Shown piece by piece: positions 1 through 11,352 of a stretch of 46,745 nt of DNA. Source of the DNA: Blastocystis sp. subtype 4. Lineage: Eukaryota. Within the stretch, counting starts at the first letter, position 1, and the number at the start of each line of letters is the position of its first letter. The notes under the pieces were generated by a model. It saw only the letters and a list, made by a program, of their open reading frames with translations, was not told the DNA's origin and did no database searches. The translations under genes were made by a program, and so were the position numbers. Location: assembly GCF_000743755.1 (NCBI RefSeq), contig NW_014569501.1:1-46745 (forward strand), written 5' to 3'.

Positions 1-1
1 T

Positions 2-136
2 GGTGTGAAGGAGGACAGCAAGGTTACGATTCCTACAACGAAGGGTGAGATGAAGAAGGAAGTGGAGAAGAGAAGAGAGAAACGGATGCTATCTCTTGGG
101 CAAAGAGCAAAAGCATTGGAGAAGGGAAAGAAGTGA
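2..136 (+). CDS. 3' end of an unidentified Lys/Glu-rich protein (partial)
   Basis: Open frame GVKEDSKVTIPTTKGEMKKEVEKRREKRMLSLGQRAKALEKGKK ends at TGA 134-136, followed by TGTTTGTT at 160-167. Confidence 0.6.
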   Translation, partial: GVKEDSKVTIPTTKGEMKKEVEKRREKRMLSLGQRAKALEKGKK

Positions 137-235
137 AAGTTGTCTTTTATTCTGTCGTGTGTTTGTTTAGCTACATCTTTTAAGTGAAGGTATTCTTCAT
201 AATGTCAACTTCATTGACATCGTTTTATTCAGTTC

Positions 236-243
236 AACAAACA
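236..243 (-). terminator. TGTTTGTT poly(A) motif of PDK
   Basis: T|GATC|TGTTTGTT, with the T being the first base of the TGA stop. Confidence 0.75.
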
Positions 244-245
244 GA

Positions 246-1523
246 TCATAATCTTGTATTACTGATTAACTGTTGTAACGGTTCTTTATGATCTCCAACT
301 CGTTTCAGATACAGATATGCGTCAGTTCCATACCCTTCAATCGATACAATCTCTAACGAACCACCAAAGTACTGAGCATACAAACGAGACAGAGGTAATC
401 CATACCCAAGTCCACACATTGGAGAATCTGTCTATATCTCATTCACTTTCTCTAATCTTACTCCAAAATCCGTTCCATCTTTATCAAACACCTGAATCTT
501 ACTAGTAGTGTAAAAATAGTCCCAAATTCTGTTAATATTCTTTCGCTTAATCCCTCCACCTTCATCACTGATCTTGATAATCACATCAGCATTGTTATCT
601 CCGTCACTAATAATGATTTTGATTGGTGGAAGTTCATCATCATTTTCATGTGTCTCAATTGTAGCTCGCATTGAGTTCTTCAATAGTTCAAACAGAATAT
701 GACGGAGGATACTTGGAATATATGAAAAACAGCAGTTTTTCTGCGAAAACACTTCCACTGGGACAGTCTGACCATATTGACGATTACATACATACTGCGC
801 CTGTTCCCTAAAAATCACTATAAAAATCACTGGAATACATAGCAAGAGTGGCAACTTCTGAAGGATTCGTATTGTTGTTGATGATACCAGTATATCCCGG
901 AATTGGATTCTTCATTTGTTCAGAAAGAGATAAATGCTGTTCTAGAATAATTCGGATGCCAATTCGACTTGTATAGAAAGAATCAAGAACAGGTTTAATA
1001 GGAGAGAGTTCTGATTCTAGATATCCTTTTTCTCTCATTTGTTCTCGAACTGTCAGAACACTTCGAGCTATCATCTCCATTGTCTGACCATCAACTCATT
1101 TTCTGAATCTTACTCCACTATGACGATCGTATATTTTGCGCAGTAGATCAGTAAATGCAACAGCTTCTTCATACGTCCTACTTCTAAAAACCGCCACTGA
1201 GCCTCACTTCGGTCTTCCAAAATCAAGCATATCAATAAATGAATAGAGGTACCAATCACGAACCGTCTTTGTTGTACTGAGATCCGACATTCCGAATGGC
1301 ATATGCTCCAAGTCATGAATTCGATACGCAATTCCTAATTATAATCATATACAAAACAACTTCTACGAATAGGAAGCTCACGGAAGCAGAATTGAGAAGA
1401 GAGTAAGAAGATCCTCTCATCACAATTTCTTCCAAATTGCTCTAAGTGTTCCAACGTAATTCCTAGTACTAATCGTCTTCTGCTGTTCTTACCATATTGT
1501 TCTAAACGTTGAAACCGAACCAT
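246..1523 (-). CDS. PDK: Mitochondrial-type pyruvate dehydrogenase / branched-chain ketoacid dehydrogenase kinase (GHKL fold), multi-exon
   Basis: Motifs [48 protein letters not shown] and, after the 30-nt intron 432-461, [42 protein letters not shown] at 248-246. Five introns of 30-32 nt restore the frame. Confidence 0.9.
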
Positions 1524-1732
1524 CTCCTTTCTTGCTTGAGCAATTCGTTCAGGAGAGTAGTTGTTAAATCCACTATATATGACGACAACAGTTCATTTCC
1601 ACCGTACAACACAAAAGGGAATACCACCCCTACCTACGAGTGATCGTAATGCTGTCCTCGTTGCAGTAGCACGTGAGAACATTGTAATCATGATTTCAAG
1701 ATCGTAACACAAAACGGCATTTTGGCTGTGCC

Positions 1733-1740
1733 AACAAACA
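1733..1740 (-). terminator. TGTTTGTT poly(A) motif of Piezo
   Basis: T|ACTA|TGTTTGTT, with the T (1745) at codon position 1. Confidence 0.8.
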
Positions 1741-1744
1741 TAGT

Positions 1745-4700
1745 AGATAGTAGGTAAGTCATCAGTGTCGCAAATGACACCTTCAAGAGGGGGTTTCTTA
1801 GTAAAGCGCACAAGCAGATCAGGATTTCGGAAAATCTTCATCACTACATACCAGATACGGAACTCATCTTTCAGATGATTTGGATACTCTGTAATGCGGC
1901 AAATCTCCATTATCTTGATCAACTGAAGTAGAGGCAAGGGATCAGATAGTGTCATGAATATAATATTGTAGGTAGGTGGAACAATCTTTCTAAGCAAAGC
2001 TCCAAGCGATACAAGGATTGTCGCATACAAACCGACAATTCCCACACTTCCCATCTGACTCAATCCTTCGGAGACCAATTCTATAATCAATTTCCACTCT
2101 ATCCACTACCTGTAAGTCCATAATCCGAGATCGTCCAGAACTCGAGAATCGAATCGGACCAATCATTCATCAAATCATAAGAATAGAAATCTGATGTCTC
2201 GAAATACTCTGTTTCATTCTTCCCAATACAATAACATCTCCATGATAGAGATCTTCCTAAATCAGGGTCAACTTCGGATATAAGTTGGATCTACAAATCA
2301 ATCCTGATTTCTGGACCTACAGCCACATCACGATACAGATGAGTTTCTCTATCGACTACATAGATATCACTGCTTCCCAACCTCACAACCCGAGGAATGC
2401 TACACATCATCATCAACTCTTATCAGTACAGGTTTTCAAATACTACTGTAGCCTTCGGACTCAACTCCATTACCTCCTCCAGCTTAGAACATTGTTCAAT
2501 ACTCAATGGAGAGGTCAGGGTAAGAGTCTGATCGTCACTTCCTGTTCTCTTCATAGTCACCACCATCTGGAATTGGAGATTGTTACATTGAACAACCTGT
2601 TCTTTCAAATATCGGAATAACCGCGGTGAAATTGTCCATGAATTCATATTCTATGTGATAATGCTCGCATTCAAAAACAACCAGATCCGGGAATATCACT
2701 CTTTGCTGGGTATTTGAATAGGAAGGAGACAGAAGCGTTGTAACAGTGGATTCATTCTTGAACACATTTCTCCAGATCGCCAGATCTGTACTATTGCAAG
2801 AAATCAACACATCATTGTTATTGGAGTAAATTGGCACCATTTCATCTCCAAACTAGTCTTGAATTCAGGTTGCTATTCCTACCAGGAGTGAAGCTTCAAC
2901 ATCTGCCTTGGTGATCGGTTTGGCTGTAAGTGCAGGTGATACAGATGAGAACAGAAGCAGTGGCAGAATCAGAATGAATACGAGAATTAGGATCAAGAGT
3001 CCTCCCAAACATACTTTCTCAATTGGTAAACGACGTCGCTTCTCTCGTTCTTTCTTATCGCGTGAGTAATATAAGGCCTATTTCTAACATTCCATAAATC
3101 AACCTTACTCTGCATTTAGAGTCATACAAAACAGTATAAGCACTATATACTTTGAACCAATGAACCAAGTTCAGAGAAGTTGATGAGATAGCCCAGTCCA
3201 TAATCTGATGAATCTCGAATAGGAATGGTATGTATCGATACAACTACTAATTACAACTAGAATCCACAGATACAAAGAACATACACCGATTGAAGACTGA
3301 GTAGGAAGAATCAATTAATGAGGAGATGTGAGAATCAGCATTTGGATAACCATGTCGGATCTGAACAGCTGAGGCTATGATGTATCCTAGTTGGATGTAG
3401 AGAAAGATAATCACAGTAGCATTTCTCCCAAAGACAGTGTTTGTTGTTAATGGGATCCCAACATAGATGAAGAGTAACATAGCAATATTGAAGATGAGTT
3501 GAACGATGATCTTTCCAAAGAGCCAACCCTTGAATTGAAGAGGTTAATCCAATCATACTTTGACATAGCAGAATCGATCAATCAACATCAACAAGACTTG
3601 AAATAAGGCCGTATAAAGAGATGAACTGGAATAATAGTTGTTCTCAAAGTCGATTAATACAGTCTGCCAGTATCATCAAGGAAAATTGGAATTCCAATAA
3701 TCAAGGATATATTATTCTCAAGCATTGTTGGGAAGAATAACATAATGTAAATCAGAGAAATAACTTGAAAACTTATGATATAAGGATAACAGGAATAACC
3801 ATATTTGATTGGATGTGTTCGACCTGTCTATCAATCATTATCAAACTACGATAATTACATTCTGTTCATAAAGACTTGGGAAGATAGTCTGACAGAAGAT
3901 AGCATATCTTTCATTCATTGATCGAAGGATTCGATTCAAATAGGAATCCTTATAAACACTATCTCATCACTCTAATGAATCCCGTACAATTTCTTTTGAT
4001 AGAACATGTGATGCATAATTGAATCGGTTTTCGTTTTTGTTCCTGTATCAGAAGAACATTCCTCCGAATGACCATCATACTGACAACCTTCACTAGCATC
4101 TGGATGAGATTTCTCTGTAGGTTCTTGATTCTCATGTTCTGTTAACGCCTACATTCAATGATTCTCTTCAATCTTTACTCTTTTCAAGACATAATAGTTA
4201 ATACTCTTTTCCCAGACACCATTCCTCTTCAATAGAGAACGCATGACGATATAAGACATCATCAATACAATATCGAAAAAGAGAGATCCAACTGGTTGAC
4301 CTGTTCCTGTTGTTTTTATACCTATAAGAGAGAGAGGCTGAAATGCATTGTCATTGATAGTTCCTGTTTCTTTACAAGTCGTTAAGAACGTGAGATATGC
4401 AATTCCATCCGAACTGATGCATTGATTAAAGACAGGTAACTGAACGGTGTATTTCACGATCATTGAGAAGGCAGTGATAATCATAATAATCCGATAGCAA
4501 CTATGAGGAATCATTACTGATGTTTGGAGACCCAATGTAACTACAACCACGAGAATGAGCACAATAAAGATATCTCGTCGACCAATTGTCATCATAAGTA
4601 GGAGAATCAAAAAGATTGTTTCAAAGAAATGAATCTTCTTAGAAACAGACATGCGATGATAGAAACGAAGAGCTATGGCAATCATATCATTTGAAGTATC

Positions 4701-7700
4701 TTCCTCTTCAGATTCAGATTCAGAAAATATTTCATGCTTCAATTCATTGTGAAAACGTTTCACGAATGGATAGTAGAAGGATACATGAATTTGATTATCT
4801 GGGTAATGAGATGAAAGAGGTGGCTTGTCAACTGTCTGATCATTCTCCTTCACTTCTTCAGTCTTTTCACTTTCTTCACTCATTTCCTCATCAATTGGCT
4901 CCAAAGAATCACCCATCGTATTCTTTAGTATCATCTCTGCTATCTGATGTCGGATTGAGAAAGGAACGTTTAATGTATCCTACTCTTCATTCAATCATTA
5001 CAGTCAAACAATCTCTACAGGAAGTACCAGTGAGATTTGTTTCAGAATTGATAGAATATTGGTACTTAACACAATCTCGTCTACGATCATGTCCGATGCC
5101 GAAACATCTGTCAATCGGATCTTCACATGCTCAATTCGATCACAAGGCTGTTGATACTTGAATACAAGAACCAGATTGTTGGCGACTACTTGCAACCACA
5201 CATGAACAATCCGACAGGCATCGTATACTGATCGACTGACTCGAGAGTTAACAACTGTTAATCTAGGAATGAGATTGGCAGTTATCACTCACTTTCGATC
5301 TTGATAATTCACTCGAACTTTACAAGGAGAGAATTTTCCTTTGTTGGCCATCGCTCCGTGAGTACTAAACGCTTCGAATACAAATTCACGGGTATCTTCA
5401 ATAGCAGGGGTTGTTATAGGAGGGGAATAAGCAGAAGGAAGGTTATAATTCAATGGATTTAATGAATAGATACTGAACTCATATGTAGTTAACGGAAGGA
5501 GTGTTTTCACTTCGCCTGTCAATAACCCTTTCTCATTCTTATGAAAAGTAGTCAGGACATGCAATACAGGTTCCTCATATAAGAGTGCCTACACTTCATA
5601 TCCTTCTACTAGCATACAGGTGGATCGATACGATAGCGTACCACATACTTTTCTTCTTGTGTTGCTTGATTATTCACCTCTGCATTGGTGATAACAATAC
5701 GAGCTGTGTATGCAGACATTACAGTCACTTCAATTTCTGGAGGAGATGAGAGATCTAATGAATATTCCATACACAGTTATACCAATTCCATCAGCAGTTG
5801 CCTTAGCTCTGTTATATCGATTCAACAAATACTCCTTCAGACGAACAAACCACAATCGATTCTCTTCAATCACTACTTTGAATCAAGTCTTTCATATCTA
5901 CCTCTCTGACGATTTGAATATTCCATTTCAATCTGCTCAAGTAGTTTGGCTCGTCGCTTCACAGCTTTAGCTTCTTCCGAACGGATTTGTTGTTCTACCA
6001 ATTCATATATATTTGAAGAACAGATCATCTTCTGGAAGTAGATAATAATCACAATCAACATCACAGGTAACATTCCTCGAATAGAGAGTGGACTACTACA
6101 AGGAATAGGATTACTCATATCACCAATCGGAGGATAACAAACAGGCATTCCATCATATGGAACTAAGACAAGTTTACTTAGTCCAATTGTCCGCATGAGA
6201 GGAATACAGAAATCCTTAACACACACCGTTGTTTCTTTGAAGAAAGGAACCTGATACACAACAAATGCAAAGAGATGGAAATAGGATACCATTAGTAGAA
6301 GACGCATTGCAAGACTATTTCGTTTCTTCATTGCATCTGGGAAGAGCCTGAATATTACAAATTCATTATCAAATACATGAAGAATAGAATATACAAGAAG
6401 TAGATAGCCGAAATCAGAGACCAATACGAGGTCGAAAGAAGAAGGACCAATACAGATGTAATCTTATTAGTGTGAACAACACAGAAGCGAAGAACCTAGG
6501 TAATGAATCATCTATCCAGTGGAATACTCGATCTACAAATGTCTCTTCCTTGTCATTTAGTATACTTTCCTGATAAGAATGTGATAAACGATCATCCTTT
6601 AAGTTCTCTTTGAAGCTTGAAAACAACCCTCTCTGCGTGTGACGACTATTCAGTAGAGATCGTAATGACTGTCTCTTAGATACAGTAAGTGACTGCGATT
6701 CTTCTGGGTTCGCTTCTGCTTCTTTGAGAGCAGTTTCATTTGCAACAGTAATTTGAAGAATGGAAATGACAATCAAGAGCATATTGAAGAGGAAATGATA
6801 TTCAGAAAGTTGAGATAATAAGAGATAATGTTGCCATTGCTTGTCTTGAATTATGGTGAGTTCATCTTGGTATCATTCTTCAGTATAATTCATACCCGTT
6901 ACCACAGCTACAATCAAATACTCAACTAACATTGTAATCACCTTGACTACTAATATGACTACTGTACGTTTGTAGAGATCAAAGTTGGTATTAAAGATGA
7001 GTGTTGGAAGAAGGATGATGCTAATGATCGAGTCCACCGAATCTTGCCCACCTAGAACTGAGAATCCTCAATTTTTCCTACAGCAAATTACCAAAGCAAT
7101 AATGGAGAGGGCTCGTAAGAACGAAAGAGCATGCTTCTCATAGGACAGTGAAATACTGACCAAGAGATTGAGGATACGAATAATTGTGCTGTAGATGAGA
7201 AGCCATGTTTTGGTGATAGTGATACCAAGACTAGCCAAGTATTCATTCGTAGAATTATCAATTTCTGCATCAGATGCTTTATGTGGAGTCTGAATCTCCA
7301 TTGGGCGTACTGACGAACTGAAGGATGCTGTTGTATTGTCCAACACACTAACAGAAGCTCGTCTCCCGAGATGAGCCGGTTCTGCTGTTGATGGCTCTGT
7401 TCGTTCTATGTCGTCCGGGATTTGCCAATACATGGAATCGAGAGAAGGAAGTGTTGATGAAGAAGGACGTACTGTATTATGTTGGAATCCCTGTAATGAC
7501 TTGATTGGAGAGGGAGAATCCCTTTCATCCGAAAATACAAATGAGTCAGAAGGAACTCTTTCAACCGGCGATTGAACTACCCTTGGTGAATGCAATCCTT
7601 GAGATACGGTTGGCGAATAGATGAAAGGCGTTTCATTCTTAGTTTTGATAATCTGACTTCTAGTGCCTCAATCCATCTCTGATTCCCTACATTCGCTGAC

Positions 7701-10700
7701 TGTGTCGATATCGATAATCATTCTCTGTTACCCCTTCCGATCGTTTGGCTGGTTTCTTGACTTGCTTGATTGGTTCTGTACTACTTAACAGACTTGGGAA
7801 GGTACGCTCAATGAACCATTCATGAACCTTACTCACACGGAAATGATATGCTCCTTCAGTCATACTCTTCCCAAGTTTCTCTGCATCTTGTGCCATCACC
7901 AACTCTTCCGATGTTCTTCCATAGTAAGTCACAATACTGACAAAGAGACCACAGAAGGTTGTAAAGAAGAACTCCAATTCACCATACCAAACACGATCAG
8001 TGAATGCATTCCATTGTGGTGATGCAACAGGATAGTATTCTGTTATTGTAGGTGTCCATTTTGTCATACCAATAACTCTACTCATAACTCAAAATGACAG
8101 TGAGGACGAGAGAATACGAAGTACGGTGGATGAAGGTATTTTGTTCATGAATGAGAACTGAGCGAGATACCTACGATCAACAACCCTCCTATCAACCTAC
8201 ACCATTGGTATTTGAATAAGGAGTGGCATAACAGATAACACGTAGATATTTGCCCATCGAGGATACAAAGAGACTTCACTCCATAGCAGGCTCTATGATC
8301 AACTGCTGTTCTTATGCTTACAAAGAACCAAATCATGAAAAGGAAGTTAACAAAGGTGGGATCACACATAATAACAAGTGAGACAGTGAAAACCATCAGT
8401 TTTGGGACATGAACAAAGAAGATGATGAGAATGATGTAGATATAGTGTCCCACACGATTAACCAAATCTTGGAATGAACCAAAGTCAGGACTAGATGTTG
8501 TATCAGTAGTTGATGATGGTTCTTTGCGATCTTCACCTCCAAATAGATCTGAACAAGAAGATGATTTGAGTCCAATCTATATATCACAAGAACGGTTTGT
8601 GGCAACAAGATAGTGATACCGAATAATACACACAATCACATCCAATAATCCTTGACAACAATAGAACAGTTTGGAAAGGAATGAAGTATCTAATTATCAA
8701 TTGAAGAGATAAGAGAAACTCTCTGGAATGAATCCTATTTCATATAAGGAGATGTATCCCTTCTGAACGATACTACAATTGGAAAGAAAGTGCAATACAT
8801 GAGTGTTAAAGACAGGAAGAATCATAAGATATCTAGGAATAAGAAAGAAAATAGAATAAAACTTGATAGCAAAGATAGTGAAGAATAGAATACCTGAAAT
8901 GACCCACTGCATGACTGTCTCTTTGTACAAGACCTACATTGAATTACTGAGTCAAAGAATACCTGCCGAATCACAAGTATACATAGAAGAAAAAGATGAA
9001 TCACATTGATGACCGTTGGGATCCCAAAATAGAGATATACGAAGTCCCATATGTAATAGAGAACCACAATGTAGTATTTCGTGCAACTAAAGAACTTCTC
9101 GATCCCTCTCCATCTACTTGTCATAGTGATCTTCTACTCTTACAAATACGTTCCAGCAATATTCTCAACTTTTGAACACTGGGCCTCATTCTTTGTTATT
9201 CGAATGATTGTACAAGAGCAATGTGTATTCATGAAGAGGAGCAGTGCACATAACAACTCGACATATGATAATAACAATGTGATAAGAATGTCTTGTGATA
9301 TGATTGTCCAATCACTTGAAATCTGGGATATGAATCCCAGAACACGAATGATCTCATAATCGTTATATTGGCTCTGTGAATCATTACTTCTCATTATTCT
9401 TACAGTGGCAGTCAGTGAATATATAGTCTGGACAACACATACAAGGGATAAATAACAGATTAGAATTGAATAGATGTGATTCCACAGGGACAGAAGGAAG
9501 ATCACAACACAAAGAATAGAACAGAAATGGCAATCTGAAGCTACTGACAGTAACAAAACCAGGACAGTAACAAAAGACATAAATGAAAGGAGATTCTGAT
9601 ACAGAAGGAGCCGCTTGCGTCGATGACTCGTCTGATTTCCTTCTGTTGAAGCTGCTTCACTTGTCGGAAGACCTGAATTGAAAGACTCCTTTGTTTCTTT
9701 CAACATGACTCGAGCTGCCTAGAAATGATTCTCTCTATTCATTCTTACAGAGTTATAGAAGCAAAGAATGATGACTATAAGACATTCACACACTATATTC
9801 GAGAAGGTGTTCAGACCACCATTAATGAGATAAACGCCTCTCCGGAGGACCAAAGGAAGCGATTGCAACCAGGAGATAGGAACAATGGAAAAGAATAACT
9901 TCTCAAGAAGACAGAATGAGAAGAATAATAGCAATAAGGAACGTATTGTGAGCGATGGAAAGAATAGAAGCCATGTATGAGGACTTTCATCTCCTTGAAC
10001 TTCACTACATGCAGATTCTGTCTCTAGCAAGAGATCAGTTCGACTCAATGTCTGCCATCTCGGATTATCCTTACAGAGACCTCCTTGCTTTTTTCTTTCT
10101 TTAGTATTCTCCTTCTCAGCCAAGTCCTTCCATGTACGCAACTGAAATACATCAAGCAGAAGTAATAATAACAGAAGCACATTGAATACTGAGGAATTGA
10201 TCACACAATATGCTAAAATTACCAAATACAAGAGGAAATGACCCCAAATACTTCCTGTCAGATGTCGTATTCTACAGATAATTCCATTTCAACATGGCTA
10301 CGTATTGCAAAACTTGGCAAAAAAGACATATCTCGGCCTTTCCTCCTCCTCTGTCTCTGGAGTCTCTTCATTTGCACAAATGGAGGATCCCAATAACAAT
10401 ACATTGAGGAATAGAAGCAAATTAATCACGATATTCCATAGACTGTGAGTAAAAGAGAATCTTGGCATCCCCTCATGTCGGAATAGAATGGAATCCATCG
10501 AATCTGGTGGTTTCATCATTTCTCTGATGATTGGTTCACATGTAATATCAAAGGATCTAATGATCATTCTAATCAGAGATCAAACTTTAATATGCATGTT
10601 ACGCATAAAAGAACCAAATAAAAGATTCTCTCCCTCTTGGAGGTTGCTTTCCACAGATCAGCTTCATGAGATAATTTCCAACATAATATAAGGATGAGAA

Positions 10701-11265
10701 TATAGAGTGGATAATAATAGCCACTTGGAGTGGGGCTAAATAATACTCCAGCTAGAAAGATAGAGAATACGACAGCAAAGGAAGACGGTAATGAAATACC
10801 CTATGGTTCAATAGTATATGAAGACTAGTACTTGCTGTCTTTCACTTGGATTTGAAATGATTGTTCCAAGTGAAACACCAAAAATAAGAAAATCAACGAG
10901 AAAGAAACAGCACAATCCTTCAATAGTTGTTAGAGGCTGGATTCCGATCACTTCATAGATCTACAATTCAAATAAAAGAATCAAATAAACATCTCCATTC
11001 ACAACATTAAATGAAATAAGAATATCAAAAAGACAAGCTACAAAGGAAATCAAAGCGCTACTCACTGCTGGTAATAGAAAGGCAATCTTTCGACGACACA
11101 TAGCAGTGATAAGTAATATCCATAGTATGATGCAAGAATAAGCAAATGAGCTGATGGTCGAACGAATATATAGGGATAGATACAATATGATGCCAAGGAT
11201 GACTAGACCTTTCGATCCGACATGACTAAATAAACACTAAACGCAACTAAAAGATACATAGCCAT
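1745..11265 (-). CDS. PIEZO: Piezo-type mechanosensitive ion channel, multi-exon; stop codon probably completed by poly(A)
   Basis: Anchor region YRYIPFLFEIHQIMDW...SLNLVHWFK, outer helix LPLLLFSSVSPA, inner helix GIVGLYATILVSLGALLR, C-terminal IFRNPDLLVRFT, beam-like QKMICSSNIYELVEQQIRSEE, and many upstream TM blocks. The start ATG at 11265 is inferred through a 35-nt intron and is less certain. Confidence 0.88.
3670..3710 (-). other. U12-type (minor) AT-AC intron, 41 nt, in Piezo
   Basis: Sequence ATATCCTTGATTATTGGAATTCCAATTTTCCTTGATGATAC: canonical U12 5' site, branch site TTTCCTTGAT, 3' AC. Removing it joins ...PTMLENN|WQTVLIDFENNYY...LLMLIDRFCYVK in frame. I found no GT-AG alternative that does so. 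Confidence 0.9.
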
Positions 11266-11352
11266 CTTAGTACAAGTTGATACCTTTTAGCAAATATAAT
11301 CCAAATACCTTTCGGAAAAAGCGAATTCACAAAAAGAAATTTGCGATTATGA

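Noticed and set aside
1593..1744. C-terminal extension of Piezo shown in the ORF track
   Set aside because: It lies beyond the TGTTTGTT-defined cleavage site and does not resemble Piezo.
2387..2399. 13-nt micro-exon in Piezo
   Set aside because: The apparent downstream intron reads through in frame (IPRVVRLGSSDIYVVDRE), and removing it breaks the frame.
3438..3445. Plus-strand TGTTTGTT inside Piezo (also at about 21460)
   Set aside because: Antisense to the host gene, with no plus-strand gene ending there.
4737..4784. GTATCCTT within a Piezo exon as a U12 donor
   Set aside because: The frame is open through it and there is no branch-site match downstream.
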